Assembly: GCF_028641065.1 (NCBI RefSeq)
Contig: NC_073385.1
Span: 46,934,001-46,998,000 of the forward strand
From: Leucoraja erinacea
Lineage: Eukaryota
Length of the DNA stretch: 64,000 nucleotides
Direction of reading: 5' to 3'
Shown: positions 37,101-50,571 of the stretch, one piece after another
Numbering within the stretch: the stretch's first letter is position 1
Layout: each line of letters starts with the position of its first letter
Position numbers and translations under genes: made by a program
The notes under the pieces: generated by a model
The model's input: the letters and a program-made list of their open reading frames with translations, nothing else
Database searches by the model: none
Told to the model about the DNA's origin: nothing

Positions 37101-37204
37101 TGTAATAGGGATACAGTGATTATAGAGATCAATATAAGGATTGTCACATCTATAATTATCGATTCACAAGGAAGTACACAATATCCAAACTAATTGAAAC
37201 TCAC

Positions 37205-37358
37205 CATCTTGCCATCTCAAATTGATTATATGAGCATAATCTCCTGGGGTTAGAAGATGTGCATTCTTCAGTTCTACTGACGATTCAGTGCTTATCAAAA
37301 TGGTACATTTCAGCAACATTAGAAGGGTAACGCTGAAAAGGTTCCTCAAATTCATCAT
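37205..37358 (-). CDS. FReD protein exon 1 (signal peptide)
   Basis: MMNLRNLFSVTLLMLLKCTILISTESSVELKNAHLLTPGDYAHIINLRWQDG; hydrophobic N-terminus; donor G|gtgagt, phase 1, matches exon 2; alternative in-frame ATG at 37379; about 282 aa in total. Confidence 0.8.
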
Positions 37359-37643
37359 TACTGTTGTGTTGAAATTCATCAAGAAAATTAAAAGTACAAT
37401 AAAAGTTACATAAATCTTGTGTCAAAAATATGGATTCAATTATTTCCTGTTTATGCATCTTTCTTGGCCCACATAACACTCTCATTGTAAATTTGAGCAG
37501 ACTGGCTGGCAACGCAAAGGTAACAGCTTCAGCCTCATCACCAGATGGTGACAAATGGAGTCTAGAAGCTCGCCGTCGGTCCAAATTAACTGCTACAGGT
37601 ATGATGAGTTCCTTTTGTTCTGGCAAGCGTTCTATGCAAAATG

Positions 37644-37720
37644 CTTTATAGAGCGGCACACCGAGATTGGGAAGAAACAAACCAATTGATATCTCACTAT
37701 GAGACTGTCCAAGCTATTGG
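37644..37720 (-). promoter_or_regulatory. Candidate TATA and CCAAT boxes upstream of the FReD gene
   Basis: Minus-strand TATAAAG at 37650-37644; CCAAT at 37670-37666 and 37720-37716. Confidence 0.35.
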
Positions 37721-39254
37721 CTGATAATAATCAATTTCTGGTTGATTGTGAATTTAGCGATGAATACTGAGAAATCAGTGAACCAACCTAGTCATTTAAT
37801 GGGATTTTTAAAAAGTAAAGACAATTAAACTATGCATAATTCTTAATTCACTTATTCTAAGATATCAACTGGTAAACCAATCAAGTGGTTGATTAGTTCA
37901 AGTTAAAATTATAAAGCAGTGTTAGTTTAAACACCCAGATCCAATCACCTTTATAAATCACACGTCTGTGGGCTTTCTGCATCTAATATCTAAAGCATTA
38001 AGCAGGGAGCAAACTAATTTAAACTGGCTCTTCAATCTTTATACTAATGATTACAATGGGAACCATACAAATGTATCAGAACTTACCTTTCAATATGAAA
38101 TAATTCAATTATACAAACATAGCAAATCTCAGCACAGCTTAAAGAAAGCGCATGAAGCAGCTTGTCAGTACTCTTTCATATCTAACTGTACTTTAGCAAA
38201 TTATGAGATTAAGGTTCAATGTACAATTAGTTCTCGATAGTGAAGGTGCTACCATTAACCAAAGTCTAACATGACAGGTTTGTAGGATTTCAAATGTTAT
38301 CTGTGCTCTTTGAACTATTTTTGACGAAGACAAAAGCCATGTATAATATAACAGCTATCACACCCTTTGAACACCATAATGCCAATCAAGTTCTTTCAAA
38401 GTATGGTCACTGCTGTGACAAGGGAGGTATAACAGTAAATTTGTGGAAAGCAAAGAGCCTACGAACCACAAAGTGATAATGAATAGATCATCTGTATTGT
38501 GATTATAGAGAACGTATTATATATACACAGAAAGTTGTGCAGAACCTCTGGAGACTGAGAGTTAACATTTAATGTTGGAGGAACTCAGTGGGTTGAGCAG
38601 CGTCCCCCGAGGAAAAATGTGCATGACGCCATTTTGGCTTGAGACCCAGCATCAGTTCTGGAATACAGCTTTTGCCTGCACAGATGCTGAATGACTCAAT
38701 GTTTTACTAGTAATTTGCAATTCATTCCTGTATACAGCATCTGCAATCCTTTGTTCAATAATTCTTTGTTGTCACGTATGCACAACACAGTGAAATTATT
38801 TTGCACCACAAATTCAGTTGCCACAATTTTGCACCATTTAGAAAAAGATAGAAAACAGAAAAAATACCAACAGTCCAAAATGCAAAGTCCAGTCCATGTC
38901 TTGGAAGTCCTAGAGCGCTCCTGATCTAGGTAAGCCCAACATCTCGCTCCTCTGCTGACCGCCTCTGTGTCCCGGGAGTCACCTCTGCAGCCGACCTTGA
39001 AGGCACGCTGGAGGTAATACCCTGGCCCCTCTCCAACTGGCCCACTATGAAATAGGTATAATGGCCAGTGAATAATAAAACTACCAGTGAAAGTGTAAAT
39101 TGTCTAATGATTGGAATGTGAAGTTACAGGAGAGGAAAGATATTAGGAAATGAGAAACGAGTCTGAAACAGTTGATTATCTCAAAATGAAGTCAGTGTTA
39201 GGTTTATAACACTATGGATCAAATGCAATCTAATGGGACTAGGTTAACTGGGCA

Positions 39255-40900
39255 TCTTGGTAGACATAGAAACAGGTGAATTGATCATGGGGAACAAGGA
39301 CATGGCAGACCAATTGAATAATTACTTTGGTTCTGTCTTCACTAAGGAAGACATAAATAACCTGCTGGAAATAGCAGGGGACCGGGGGTCAAATGAGATG
39401 GAGGAACTGAGTGAGATCCAGGGTAGCCGGGAAGTGGTGTTAGGTAAATCGAATGGATTAAAGGCCGATAAATCCCTAGGGCCAGATAGGCTGCATCCCA
39501 GAGTACTTAAGGAAGTAACCCCAGAAATATGATAATTTAGTGATAATTTTTCAAAACTCTTTAGATTCTGGAGTAGTTCCTGAGGATTGGAGGGTAGCTG
39601 ATGTAACCCCACTTTTTAAAAAGGGAGGAAGCGAGAAAACGGGGAATTACAGACCAGTTAGTCTAACATCGGTGGTGGGGAAACTGCTAGAATCAGTTAT
39701 TAAAGATGGGATAGCAGCACATTTGGAAAGTGGTGAAATCATTGGACAAAGTCAGCATGGATTTATGAAAGGTAAATCATGTCTGACGAATCTTATAGAA
39801 TTTTTCGAGGATGTAATTAGTAGAGTGGGTAAGGGAGAACCAGTGGATGTGTTATATCTGGACTTTCAGAAGGCTTTCAACAAGGTCCCACATAAGAGAT
39901 TAGTATACAAACTTAAAGCACACGGCATTGGGGGTTCAGTGTTGATGTGGATAGAGAACTGGCTGGCAGACAGGAAGCAAAGGGTAGGAGTAAACGGGTC
40001 CTTTTCATAATGGCAGGCAGTGACTAGTGGAGTACCGCATGGCTCAGTGCTGGGACCCCAGCTATTTACAATATATATTAATGATTTGGACGAGGGAATT
40101 GAATGCAACATCTCCAAGTTTGCGGATGACACGAAGTTGGGGGGCAGTGTTAGCTGTGAGGAGGATGCTAGGAGGCTGCAAGGTGACTTGGATGGGCTGG
40201 GTGAGTGGGCCAATGCATGGCAGATGCAGTATAATGTGGATAAATGTGAAGAAAGCGAATGGTATGTTAGCATTCATAGCAAAAGGATTTGAGTATAGGA
40301 GCAGGGAGGTTCTACTGCAGTTGTACAGGGTCTTGGTGAGACCACACCTGGAGTATTGCGTACAGTTTTGGTCTCCTAATCTGAGGAAAGACATTCTTGC
40401 TATAGAGGGAGTACAGAGAAGGTTCACCAGACTGATTCCTGGGATGTCAGGACTTTCATATGAAGAAAGACTGGATAGACTCGGTTTGTACTCGCTAGAA
40501 TGTTAGAAGATTGAGGGGGGATCTTATAGAAACTTACAAAATTCTTAAGAGGTTCGACAGGCTCGATGCAGGAAGATTGTTCCCGATGTTGGGGAAGTCC
40601 AGAACAAGGGGTCACAGTTTAAGGATAAGGGGGAAATCTTTTAGGACTGAGATCAGGAAAACATTTTTCACAGAGAGGTGAATCTCTGGAATTCTCTGCC
40701 ACAGAAGGTAGTTGAGGCCAGTTCATTGGCTATATTTAAGAGGGAGTTAGATGTGGCCCTTGTGGCTGGAGGGATCAGGGGGTATGGAGAGAAGGCAGGT
40801 ACGGGCTACTGAGTTGGATGATCAGCCATGATCATATTGAATGGCGGTGCAAGCTCGAAGGGCCGAATGGCCTACTCCTGCACCTATGTTCTATGTTTCT
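39255..40900 (+). mobile_element. CR1 LINE ORF2 3' half with stops and deletions
   Basis: GPDRLHPRVLKE, PEDWRVADVTPLFKKG, NYRPVSLTS, YLDFQKAF, GVPHGSVLGP, FADD; (atgtttct) tail. Confidence 0.92.
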
Positions 40901-41350
40901 AAACAAGTTGGGCTGAAGGGCCTGTTTCCACGTTCAATCGTCAATGACTGTATGAGGCGGGAATACTATAATGTGTCTGGTTTCAGACAAGGTGCCATAA
41001 TTGAACTTGCATTCAGATTTCATTCTCTCCGCGCATGCGCAGTGGGCCCGGTTGCACATGCGCAGTTGGGGAAGGCTTACCGGGCCGGGAAATAGCATCC
41101 AGGTAATTTTATATTCTATTTCAGGAAAAAAAATTAAGGTGTGGAAGCACCGTCCTGTCATGCTGTTTAGTACCCAAGCACATTTTCTAAGTAAAGCAGC
41201 ATTCTTTTGTGCTTTTTAATTTAGTATTCTGCACTTCCCGCTTGCAAAGTGGTCATCTCCAGTGTGGAAACCGAATATCTTTTTCTGTTCTTACAATCTG
41301 CTTTTTTGATTTCTTGTGTATTTCTTGTTCCTCTCCCTCTTTCCTGTCCA

Positions 41351-42078
41351 TCTATCTATTATTATATAAAACTCTCGTGCCATCCGACCGGCTGCCGTCC
41401 GGCTGCCTTTCTGCCTTTTGATTTGTTCCATCGTGTGATGTCACAATGCCCAATGCTCGCAGATGTCCAATCGGAATGGCCGATGCTCGCAGATGTCCAA
41501 TCGGAATGGATCCATTTACATGTACGGCTGCCGGCTGCATTTCTTCCTTTGATTCCTTGCCACGCCGAATCCAGACGCACAATCGCCGAGATCTTTTCCA
41601 TTTCGGTAGAGATTTCACTTTCCTTTCTAAGTATCCGCTCCTCATTACATTTCGTCGTGTTTAAGTACACGTTTTTTAATCAAATCCTTCTGACTCCCCC
41701 CCCCAACCCCCCATAATGTGCCTGGTTTCACAAAAATAAACTGGCTTCTCACCAGATTTAGAAGCAGCCATTTGGGTAGACGTTTCACATTTTCCTTCCA
41801 ACTATCCACTCTTCATTAGATTTTGTTATGTTTATGTCCACATTTTTCATTAAATCCTTCCCCCCCCCCCCCAACCTCATCATTTTGTCTCCTCCTGCTT
41901 TTCGACCATAACGGCTGCTGGCTTTTTGCATCTCGCCTCAAAGACACCATTTGCACTTTCCCGCCGCACTGCTCAATCCTGAGCCGCTTGAGTTGGAGGA
42001 CCACGTCTCCCGTGGGGGCTACGGGTAGGGAACGGCTGCGTTGGGGGAGCAGACCCAACGGGTCTGCCCTTGGTCTAG
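41351..42078 (+). mobile_element. Non-autonomous Helitron (~0.7 kb)
   Basis: a|TCTATCTATTATTATATAAAA 5' end; subterminal hairpin gcagaccc-aac-gggtctgc (42049-42067); CTAG|t 3' end; internal 27-30 nt tandem duplication near 41453-41509. Confidence 0.8.
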
Positions 42079-44299
42079 TGGAACGTAAAACTTGCTTTCT
42101 CACAATTTTCCTTGTGCTAATGAAAAACTACTAAACAAATATTAAATGTTTTCTGGTCTGCTAAATATCTGCAGCCTTTTCAACTTGAATTTTAGGGTTC
42201 AAACAGCCATTGCATTTTGTATTTTTGTTTTTATTCATGATCTTGCGTACCAAGTTAAAAAAAGTGGCCATATTACCACCGAAAATCTTTCACCGGAGAA
42301 CATAGACACCCTGACTTGCTGAATATTCCCAGCATTTTCTTTTTTTATATTTATTTGTATGGTGGAGCCCTTTGGCCCACAAAATCTACATTATCAAAAC
42401 TAATCCCATTTTTGTTATTCTCCCCACATTCCCATCAACTCCACACACCATCTCTACCCCTCCGCAAGATTCTACACAAGGTAGAATGTAGATAGCTAAT
42501 TAACCTACCAACTTGGTATATTTTACCTCCAAGGGAAATAGGGTTTTGATTTAATGCACCTCTCAAAAAAACAGCATCTCTGAAGGCCAGCACAACCTCA
42601 ACACTGCACTGAAGTATATTTCAGGCTTAGACAAATTCCTGCAGCTTACTGTATATTTCATGATAATAAGTTTCAAGGGTGGCATTAAAACACTTCAGAG
42701 AGGGAAGCAAGAGTCTTCCTGAGAAAAGGACATCATCTTTGGAGAACATGGATAGGTGATGCTTTTGGTCAGGACCCTTTTTTTACTCCCGACCCGAAAC
42801 ATCACCTAAAACATCCTCCAGGGATGCTGTCTGACCTGCAGAGTTACTCCAGCACTTTGTATCCTTCTTTGTAAACCAGCATCTGCAGTTCCTCGTTTCT
42901 ACCTCATCCTTGTCTGCATTTAGGTTTTCTCGACTCTTTAAAGGACAGACCAAATGCCAAGAGGGTCACTTTGAGGTTGTATAGTATGCACATCTGGATA
43001 CATTCCAATTAGTGGGGTGACTTTACTTACTTGCAAATGGAAATATTACTCTCAAGGTCCGTATACAGTGAGGGTGTGTTTGAAAACAATGTAGCACTAT
43101 CGTGTTTATATGCATCATAAAGATACCTCTGACTGGATCTCAAGGTAATGATATGGTCTGCAACATGTTTTTCCTGTTAGTGGGAGATGGCAGTCGTTGG
43201 ACTTTTACACTAGAATATCATGCCATCTATTAAAGGTATCACACTGCCACTGGGATAGAGGGCTCGTACAAGGGTTCAGTACAAGGAACTTAAGCGATCA
43301 GATTGGAAAATCTGTAAGCCCTGGATAGAATCACAACCAGGAAGTGTCACCCAAAATATTTAACATCAAATCAAGTACAGAATGCAAAATAAACAAAGAT
43401 TGCAGTGAGAGGGATAAATGGGATGCAGGGCGGAACAACAGTTAGTGCTGCTGCGTGATAGCTCTAGGGATTGCAGTTTGATCCTAACCTTGGGTGTTGT
43501 CTCTGTGGCATTTTCAATCTCTTCCAACAATCACATGTGATTCCGTCACGTGCACTACAGTAAATGACTCTTTAACGCACGTCTGAGGCAAGCTAATTGA
43601 AGGAATGCGAATGGGATTGAGAGAATACGCTGTGGGGTAAAGAAAATGACACTAATGGAACTACTTTACCAAGTCACCATGGACCGGAGTGCTTAAACGG
43701 CTTCCTTCTTTATCGTAATCACAAAGTTTATATTCACTGCACGTAAGAATTTCACTGTTCAGTTTCAGAACATATGACAATAAAACACTCTCAGTTCTTG
43801 ACTCCAAAAAATTCCAGGAGCAATTAAAATCTGACAGATTGAGTCAACAGATGAAAGTTAATTTCAGTGCCACAGATGTTATTTAGCAATAAAGTCCAAA
43901 GGTTATTGCAATACTGATCCCTGGCCTGATGTTTCACAATTACTATATTTATTTCAGGCAGGCAAAGAGCCTTTCAGTGAGATACCAATGGAGACAAGAA
44001 ACTGCAGATTCAAAGTGCTGGAGGGAATTGACAGATGTCTTTTCAGGTCAGGATACTCCTTTAAAGTGATTATGGGCAGCATGAAAGGTGAAAAACAGAG
44101 GTTGGGATAAAGAAAGGCATAGATCAGGCAACCATTTCACTAGACACTTGCCAAGGCCTGCTGGAGAACCTGGTTGCTAACCATTTTACCTCCCCTTCCA
44201 CACTGCCAGAGTGAAGCCACAGGCAAACTGGAAAAACACATCATATTCCACTGGGTAGATTACAACCCAACAGTTTGAAGAGTTAATTGTCCAATTTCA

Positions 44300-45090
44300 A
44301 TAATCAATAGTCAATTTTATTCGTCACTTACACCCGAAGGTGCAGTGAAATGAATTTGCCAGCAGCAGTACAATTAAAAAAGAACACACAATACACAATA
44401 AGATTCAACACAAACATCCACCACAGAATTCTTCACTGTATGGTGGAAGGCACAAGGTTCAGTCAGTCCTCCTCTTTGTTCACCCATGGTCGGGGCCATA
44501 AAACCCTCCGCAGTCGCTGCTACGGACGGCCGGATGTACGGGCCCTCTGGTTGGAACGGTCGAACACACTCCGCAGCTTGGAGGTCCCGAATCGAGCACT
44601 TTCTTACCGGAGACCGCGGCTTCAGGATGTTGTAGGCCACAGGCCGGCGGTCAGAGCTCTTCTCTGGCTATCCCCAGCGAGGGATCCCAGGCTCCAGATG
44701 GTAAGTCCACGCCGCGCCCGCGGCTAAAAGCTCCACAGACCGCGGCTTCAGGATGTAACAATCCGCGAGCCAGTGATCGGAGCACTCTATTCTGGCGACC
44801 CCCGGCAAGGGCTCACCCGCTCCACGATGAAAAGTCCATGCTGCTGATACTCCGGGCCCCACTCCAGGAAAGGCCGCTCTAATCCATGCCGTTATGCCGT
44901 GACGGAGGCGACATGGGAAAAGTCGCCTCTCCGTCGAGGAGGCGACCAAATGCAGTTCCCCCCTTCACCACCCCCCCACACAAGACACACCGAGAGACAC
45001 TAAAACAAACATTTGGACACACTAAAAAAAAACAAAAAGTCAAAATAACAAACACGCTGCCGGCAGGGCAGCCATTTCACAGCGCCCCAC
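44300..45090 (-). mobile_element. Non-autonomous retroelement with GC-rich body and LINE-like 3' tail
   Basis: Tail (gccttccac..ctgtggtggatgttt..atttcactg..aataaa) is shared with 50572-51300 and 9930-10045; no intact ORF. Confidence 0.55.
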
Positions 45091-46039
45091 AGACTTACAA
45101 GTGATACATCCAATCTTTTTCTTACTTCCCCACATTCCATGTGCACCCATGTCCCACCAGCCTAGAGCCTTGTTCCTATCCCACCACTGTATGCTCCTCT
45201 TCAGCCACCTAGTCCCTTATTTGATGTTATCTCTTTTTGTCTTCTTCCACTTATATCCCTCCCTCTGGCCTTACATTTCACTTTCCTTCTCAGACACCCC
45301 TTTGTCTCCCAGTCACCCTTTGCCACTATCTGCCAATCAATATCTCCTCCTATCACTTGCCAGGCTTTGTCCCAGCCCATACCTTTCTTTTCCAGATTTC
45401 TTACCCCCATACTCCATCAGTTGAAGAAGGGTTCCGACCTGATGCTGCCTTCCTCAGGAAGTGTGTGGGTTTTTTTTTTACCACTATTGTACAGCTTCTT
45501 GAACATCAACTTCTCCATTTCTGTGATTAACTGAGCACATGTTGTAATCACTTATATTTATATTTAATATACACTTTTATTATAACAAACTCATCACACA
45601 ATTTGGTAAACTGCATCCTTGTCATAGAAAACAAAGCCACAGTGCCACATAGAGGTGTAAGTGGTACTATAACAGATATAAATATCACAGTGCTGGAACT
45701 CCACCTACTGATATTAATTACATGGGGTCAATGACAGATAAAAAGGTATGGAAAAATTTAAGGTACATTAAAAGCCAAGCGTACAAAATAAATGCACAAT
45801 CTTTTCATAACGATTCACTAATGCAAATGCATAATCACACTGGATGATGTTGACAATTCACAATCAAATTAAAAGATTTTAGTAACTCAATGAAATAATT
45901 TAGCAAATAAGACAAATCTCACCACCAAAAAGCATAGCTTTCTATGCACATTTTGGCAAAATATCTCCAGCTAAATGCACTGCAGTGACTTTCCTGAAAC
46001 CTGCACTTCCTGGATTTATGACGTCCTCTCAGGTAACAG

Positions 46040-46250
46040 TTTAGCGGATGCAGAAACGACAACCAAGTTTTCTGAACCGAGTTATTTACACAATCGCTCC
46101 TTGGCAAACAGATCTGATCATAACGGTGGTCAGCAAAACAGCTGGCGCAAAGGCAAAACCGCGAGAAAACAGCAACCCCTCCCGAGTCATGTGGCCACGG
46201 CTTCTGAACGCAGGGTTCAATATCTGCATGCCACAGCAGGCGCCACTACA
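46040..46250 (-). repeat. 3' LTR of the Gypsy element
   Basis: Direct repeat of 50082-50288; termini TGTAG...CTAAA. Confidence 0.9.
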
Positions 46251-49200
46251 TGGTCCAGAATCCGCGGTACGGAAATGCACGGGTAACCAGATGGTTCGAC
46301 TGGAACGCGTAGTCCGATGTCACGGGGCGAGCATAAAATTCGGGGCCAGCAAAACAGAACCGGAGGGACGCGACAAACGCGAACGAGGGATGGGCGTAAC
46401 AGAGGGAACCGGTGAAACATAACCGGGGCTAACAGTTGCAGAGGTCGGCAAAACGGCCGGTGGACGACCTCTACGCCGCGGAGTGGCCACAGCCACCGGG
46501 CTATCCTCATCGATGTAGGCTGGCTTAAGGCGGCTGACGGAGACGAACTCCTCCCTGCCAACCATGTCCAACATGAACGTTGACGTACCGGTCTCTAGCA
46601 CCTTGTACGGACCTTCGTGCACCCGCTGTAATGGCGAGCGATGAGCATCCCTATGAAGGAAAACATAAGCACAATCCCGAAACATAGTAGGCACATGCAC
46701 CGCGGACGACCCGTGTCGGGAAGTGGGAACCGGGATGAACCCGCGCGCCCGCTCGCGAAGGACAGCTAGCACCGCTGAAACCGGGACCTCCTGATCCCGG
46801 GTGGCGGGCAGAAATCCTCAGGTACCTGCAGAACCGAGCCATAAACCAGTTCGGCCGAGGAGGTGTCAAGGTCTTCCTAAGGCGTAGTTCTGATGCCTAG
46901 GAGAACCCAGGGCAACTGGTCAACCCAATCAGGGTCGGTGAGCCGAGCCTTCAACGCCAACTTAAGGCGTCTGTGAAACCGCTCGACTAAACCGTTCGAC
47001 TCCGGATGATACGCGGTTGCCTGGTGCAGCTTCGCGCCGTACAGCTGCGCCATACCACACCACAGGGAGGACGTGAACTGGGCCCCACGATCGGTAGTAA
47101 TATATGAAGGGACCCTGAAACGAGCGATCCAATTGGAGACAATAGCGCGGGCACAAGCCTCAGCGGAGGTATCAGTTAATGGTATTGCCTCCGCCCACCT
47201 GGTGAACCTATCCACGATAATTAGTAAGTGAGTGGCCCCACGTGAACACGGGAAGGGACCCACCAGGTCACCATGGATGTGCAGGAACCTGCCGTCTGGA
47301 ACAGCAAAATCCTCCACGGGCGGGCGCACATGCCTCTGCACCTTGGAAGTCTGACAGGGGATAAAAGCGCGGGCCCATGCTGCGACCTGTTTTCGTAACC
47401 CGTGCCAGACGAACTTGGAAGTAACCAGGGAAGAGGTGGCGCGGATAGACGGGTGAGGCGCCACAAGGCACCTCAGTAAGCTTGAGACCCGATTCAGCAT
47501 TGCGGTAATCCTCCATGCCTGCATCGGCCCGTTGAGCCGCTGCCAGCTCCACATAATCCACACCTAGGTTTAAAACGGAAACCTCAGGGACCGCCGGACG
47601 GGATCCCCGCCACATGCCGAATGTGAGACGTGAACTCATATATGTAGGCGAGGTGCCGCTGTTGCCTGGCAGACCAGGCGTCGGTCACCTTATTTAAAGC
47701 GAACGTGAGCGGCTTGTGGTCCGTGAATGTGGAAAAACACGCAGCCCTCTAGGAAATAACGGAAATGACGGATCTCTAGGTAAAGCGCGAGGAGCTCCCG
47801 ATCGAAAGCGCTGTACTTGATCTCCAGGGTCCGCTGCTATCTGCTGAAAAACGCCAGCGGCAGCCAGCGGCTACCTACCTGCTGATCGAGGGCAGCACCC
47901 ACCATGACGTCCGACGCGTCCACGGTGAGAGCTGTGAGAGCCGTTGCCTTAGCGTGTACCAGCATGGTGGCATTGGCCAGCATGGTCTTAGCCCCCTCAA
48001 AAGCTATCCCTGCCTCCTTGGACCAAACAAGGTCCTTAGGCTTGCCTGCAAGACATTAGAACAATGGCCGCATGATGGCGGCCGCTGACGGGACGAATCG
48101 GTGGTAGAAATTGACCATTCTGATGAATTCCTGCAGGCCCTTGACAGATAGTGGCCTCGGGAAGCGACGGATTGCGTTGACCTTCTCAGGCAGCGGTTGT
48201 GCGCCATGGCAGGTTATCCAATGACCTAAAAAGGAAATGGAGCGCAATCCGAACTGGCACTTCGCGGGGTTGATCACCAACCAGTGCTTACGCAATCGTT
48301 CGAGGAGCAGGCAGCGGTGTCTAACGTGTTCAGCCTGCGAGCTGCTGGCCACCAGAATATCACCAAGATAGATGAATATGAACGGCAAATCCCACCCGAC
48401 CTGATCCATTAGCCTTCGGAACGCTTGAGCGGCATTATTCAGACCAAAAGGCATTCTTAGCCATTTGAAAAGGCCGAAAGGGGTGATGGTGGCCGTCTTA
48501 GGGACGTCGTTGGGATGGGCCAGGATCCGATTATACCCGCGTACCAGGTCGACCTTCGAGAAGAAGGCGGCGCCCTCCGAATGAGCCAAGAAATCTTGGA
48601 TGTTCAGGATTGGGTACCGATCTGCTGTGGTTACCGCGTTCAAATGCCTGTAATCACCGCAAGGTCTCCATCCCCCGGACGCTTTGGGCACCATATGCAG
48701 AGGGGAAGCCCAAGAGCTATCCGACCGCCGGACCATCCCCATGTCTTCAATAAGCTGGAACTCGTCTCGTGCGATGCTCAGTTTATCGGGTGGGAGGTGG
48801 CGCACGCGGGCGTGAACCGGTGGGCCCTTGGTGGGAATGTGGCGGACCACGCCATGACGGGGCAAGGCCCCGTCGAACCAGGGCGTGAGCAACCCTGGGA
48901 ATTCAGTGAGAAGGCCTACGAAAGGTTGCTGGATCTCAGCTACCTCGTCAAGTTGCTGCTGGGGCGTGAACGGATTACGTGGCTTGGCAGGGCACAGGTC
49001 TGACAATGGAACCATTCACCCGCCTCGCACATCAACTAGCAGGGAAAATGCGCGCAAGAAATCGGCCCCCAATATCGGCTGGGCGACATCAGCAACGGTG
49101 AACTTCCACCTATATGGGTGGGAGTCTAAATTTAAGTCCAGGGTCTGCACACCATATGTTTGAATGTCGCTCCCGTTAACGGTCGAGAGGACGGGTCCTA

Positions 49201-50081
49201 CCTTACCGACGCGGATATCTCGGGCGGTCGGTGGCAGGATGCTGGCTAGGGCACTGGAGTCCACCAGGAAACGGTGGCCGGAATGGCGATCACGGACGTA
49301 GAGGCGTTCGATCGGGCCGATGCATTACCCTGAAACGAGCAGGGGCTTCGACATCTTCGGCCTTCCACACCGTAACGGAGATGGTAGTAGCACCAACGCC
49401 GTCGGCTGTACACCTCCGGCTGCGGCGATGCCTTTTCGGCGCTGGGCGGATCCTGACCTTCGTCCCGATGTTGCCTCGGTTGAACCCACGCCGTGGCAGT
49501 GGGACGGGTGAAAGAACAAACGTCCCACCGTCTGTTGGTCCACAGCTCGTCGGCTATCTCCGTGAGGGGATCGCTGAAATCGGCCCGGCGAGCATCAAAC
49601 GGACCTCGTCTGGCATCTGCTCCAAGAACGCCTGTTCGCAAAGCAGACATGGGTGATGCCCGTACATCAGGGCCAGCATCTTCGCCATGATGGTGGATGG
49701 ATGCCAATTGCTGACACTGTCCATGTGCAGGATCTTCGCCACCCTGTCTCTATGGCTGAGACCGAAGGTATGTAACAGCAGGGCCTTCAAACCTTTGTAC
49801 TTTGTGATCGTCGGCGGGTCTCTGATATTTGGCAACAGCCTCGAGGCACAGCCCTGTGGCAGAGCTCCCACCACATGAAATTACATCGTGTCATCCGCTA
49901 TTATTCGATGCAGATGGAATTGTGCCTCTACGTGGGCGAACCACATTTGAGGTTGATCCAGCCAAAAGGAAGGTAGCTTGAAGCCCGGTGAGCCCTGCCT
50001 CGTGCTGGCCGATTCTGCAGGGACGTAGTACTCCTGCATGATCTCCTGTCTGATGACGGCTAGACAGGTCGGGGTCACCAA

Positions 50082-50288
50082 TTTAGCGGATGCAGACGAC
50101 AACCAAGTTTTCTGAACTGATTTATTTACAATCGCTCCTTGGCAAACAGGTCTCTGCAAACACGTCTGATCACAACGGTGGTCAGCAAAACAACTGTGGC
50201 GCAAAAACAGTAACCCCTCCCGAGTCACGTGACCACGGCTTCCGAACGCCGGGTTCAATATCTGCATGTGCCAGCAGGCGCCGCTACA
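50082..50288 (-). repeat. 5' LTR of the Gypsy element
   Basis: Direct repeat of 46040-46250, followed by the tRNA-Trp PBS. Confidence 0.9.
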
Positions 50289-50571
50289 ACAGCTTTAAAT
50301 ATCTTCCTGGAAAATAATCAACAGTTCCATTAATTTACAGTTGATTTCTCAAGCAACCTTAATAAGGCTTGGAACTATAAAGGGGATTTTAAAGTAAATT
50401 TTCTCCAATACCTCACCTATTGACAATGAGTGCATCATTCCACTCGGCACAAAACAGTATGGATCAGGAAAGTAGAAACAAGGAACTGCAGATGCTGGCT
50501 TACAAAGTGCTAGAGTAACTCAGCGTGTCAGGTAGCAACAATTGTCAAGTGATATTTCGGGTCGGGACTTC

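Larger units (their letters stand above)
46040..50288 (-). mobile_element. Full-length decayed Ty3/Gypsy LTR retrotransposon, CsRN1-like
   Basis: LTRs 50082-50288 and 46040-46250; acag TSD (46036-46039, 50289-50292); PBS tggtgaccccgac (50080-50068); gag KLPSFW..PQMWF and CYYHx9CRSPC; protease FLVDSSA; RT WASPLHMVPK, MPFGL, IYLGDILV; integrase DRFTRW, TTDRGAQF, SNGLVERFHR; stops and frameshifts. Confidence 0.93.

Noticed and set aside
37652-37670. ER-stress element upstream of the RDEL gene
   Set aside because: Reads CCAAT-N9-CCGCT, only 3/5 of the required CCACG half-site
37600-37725. C/D box snoRNA (atgatga ... ctga)
   Set aside because: No terminal stem or recognisable guide, and no plus-strand host intron evident
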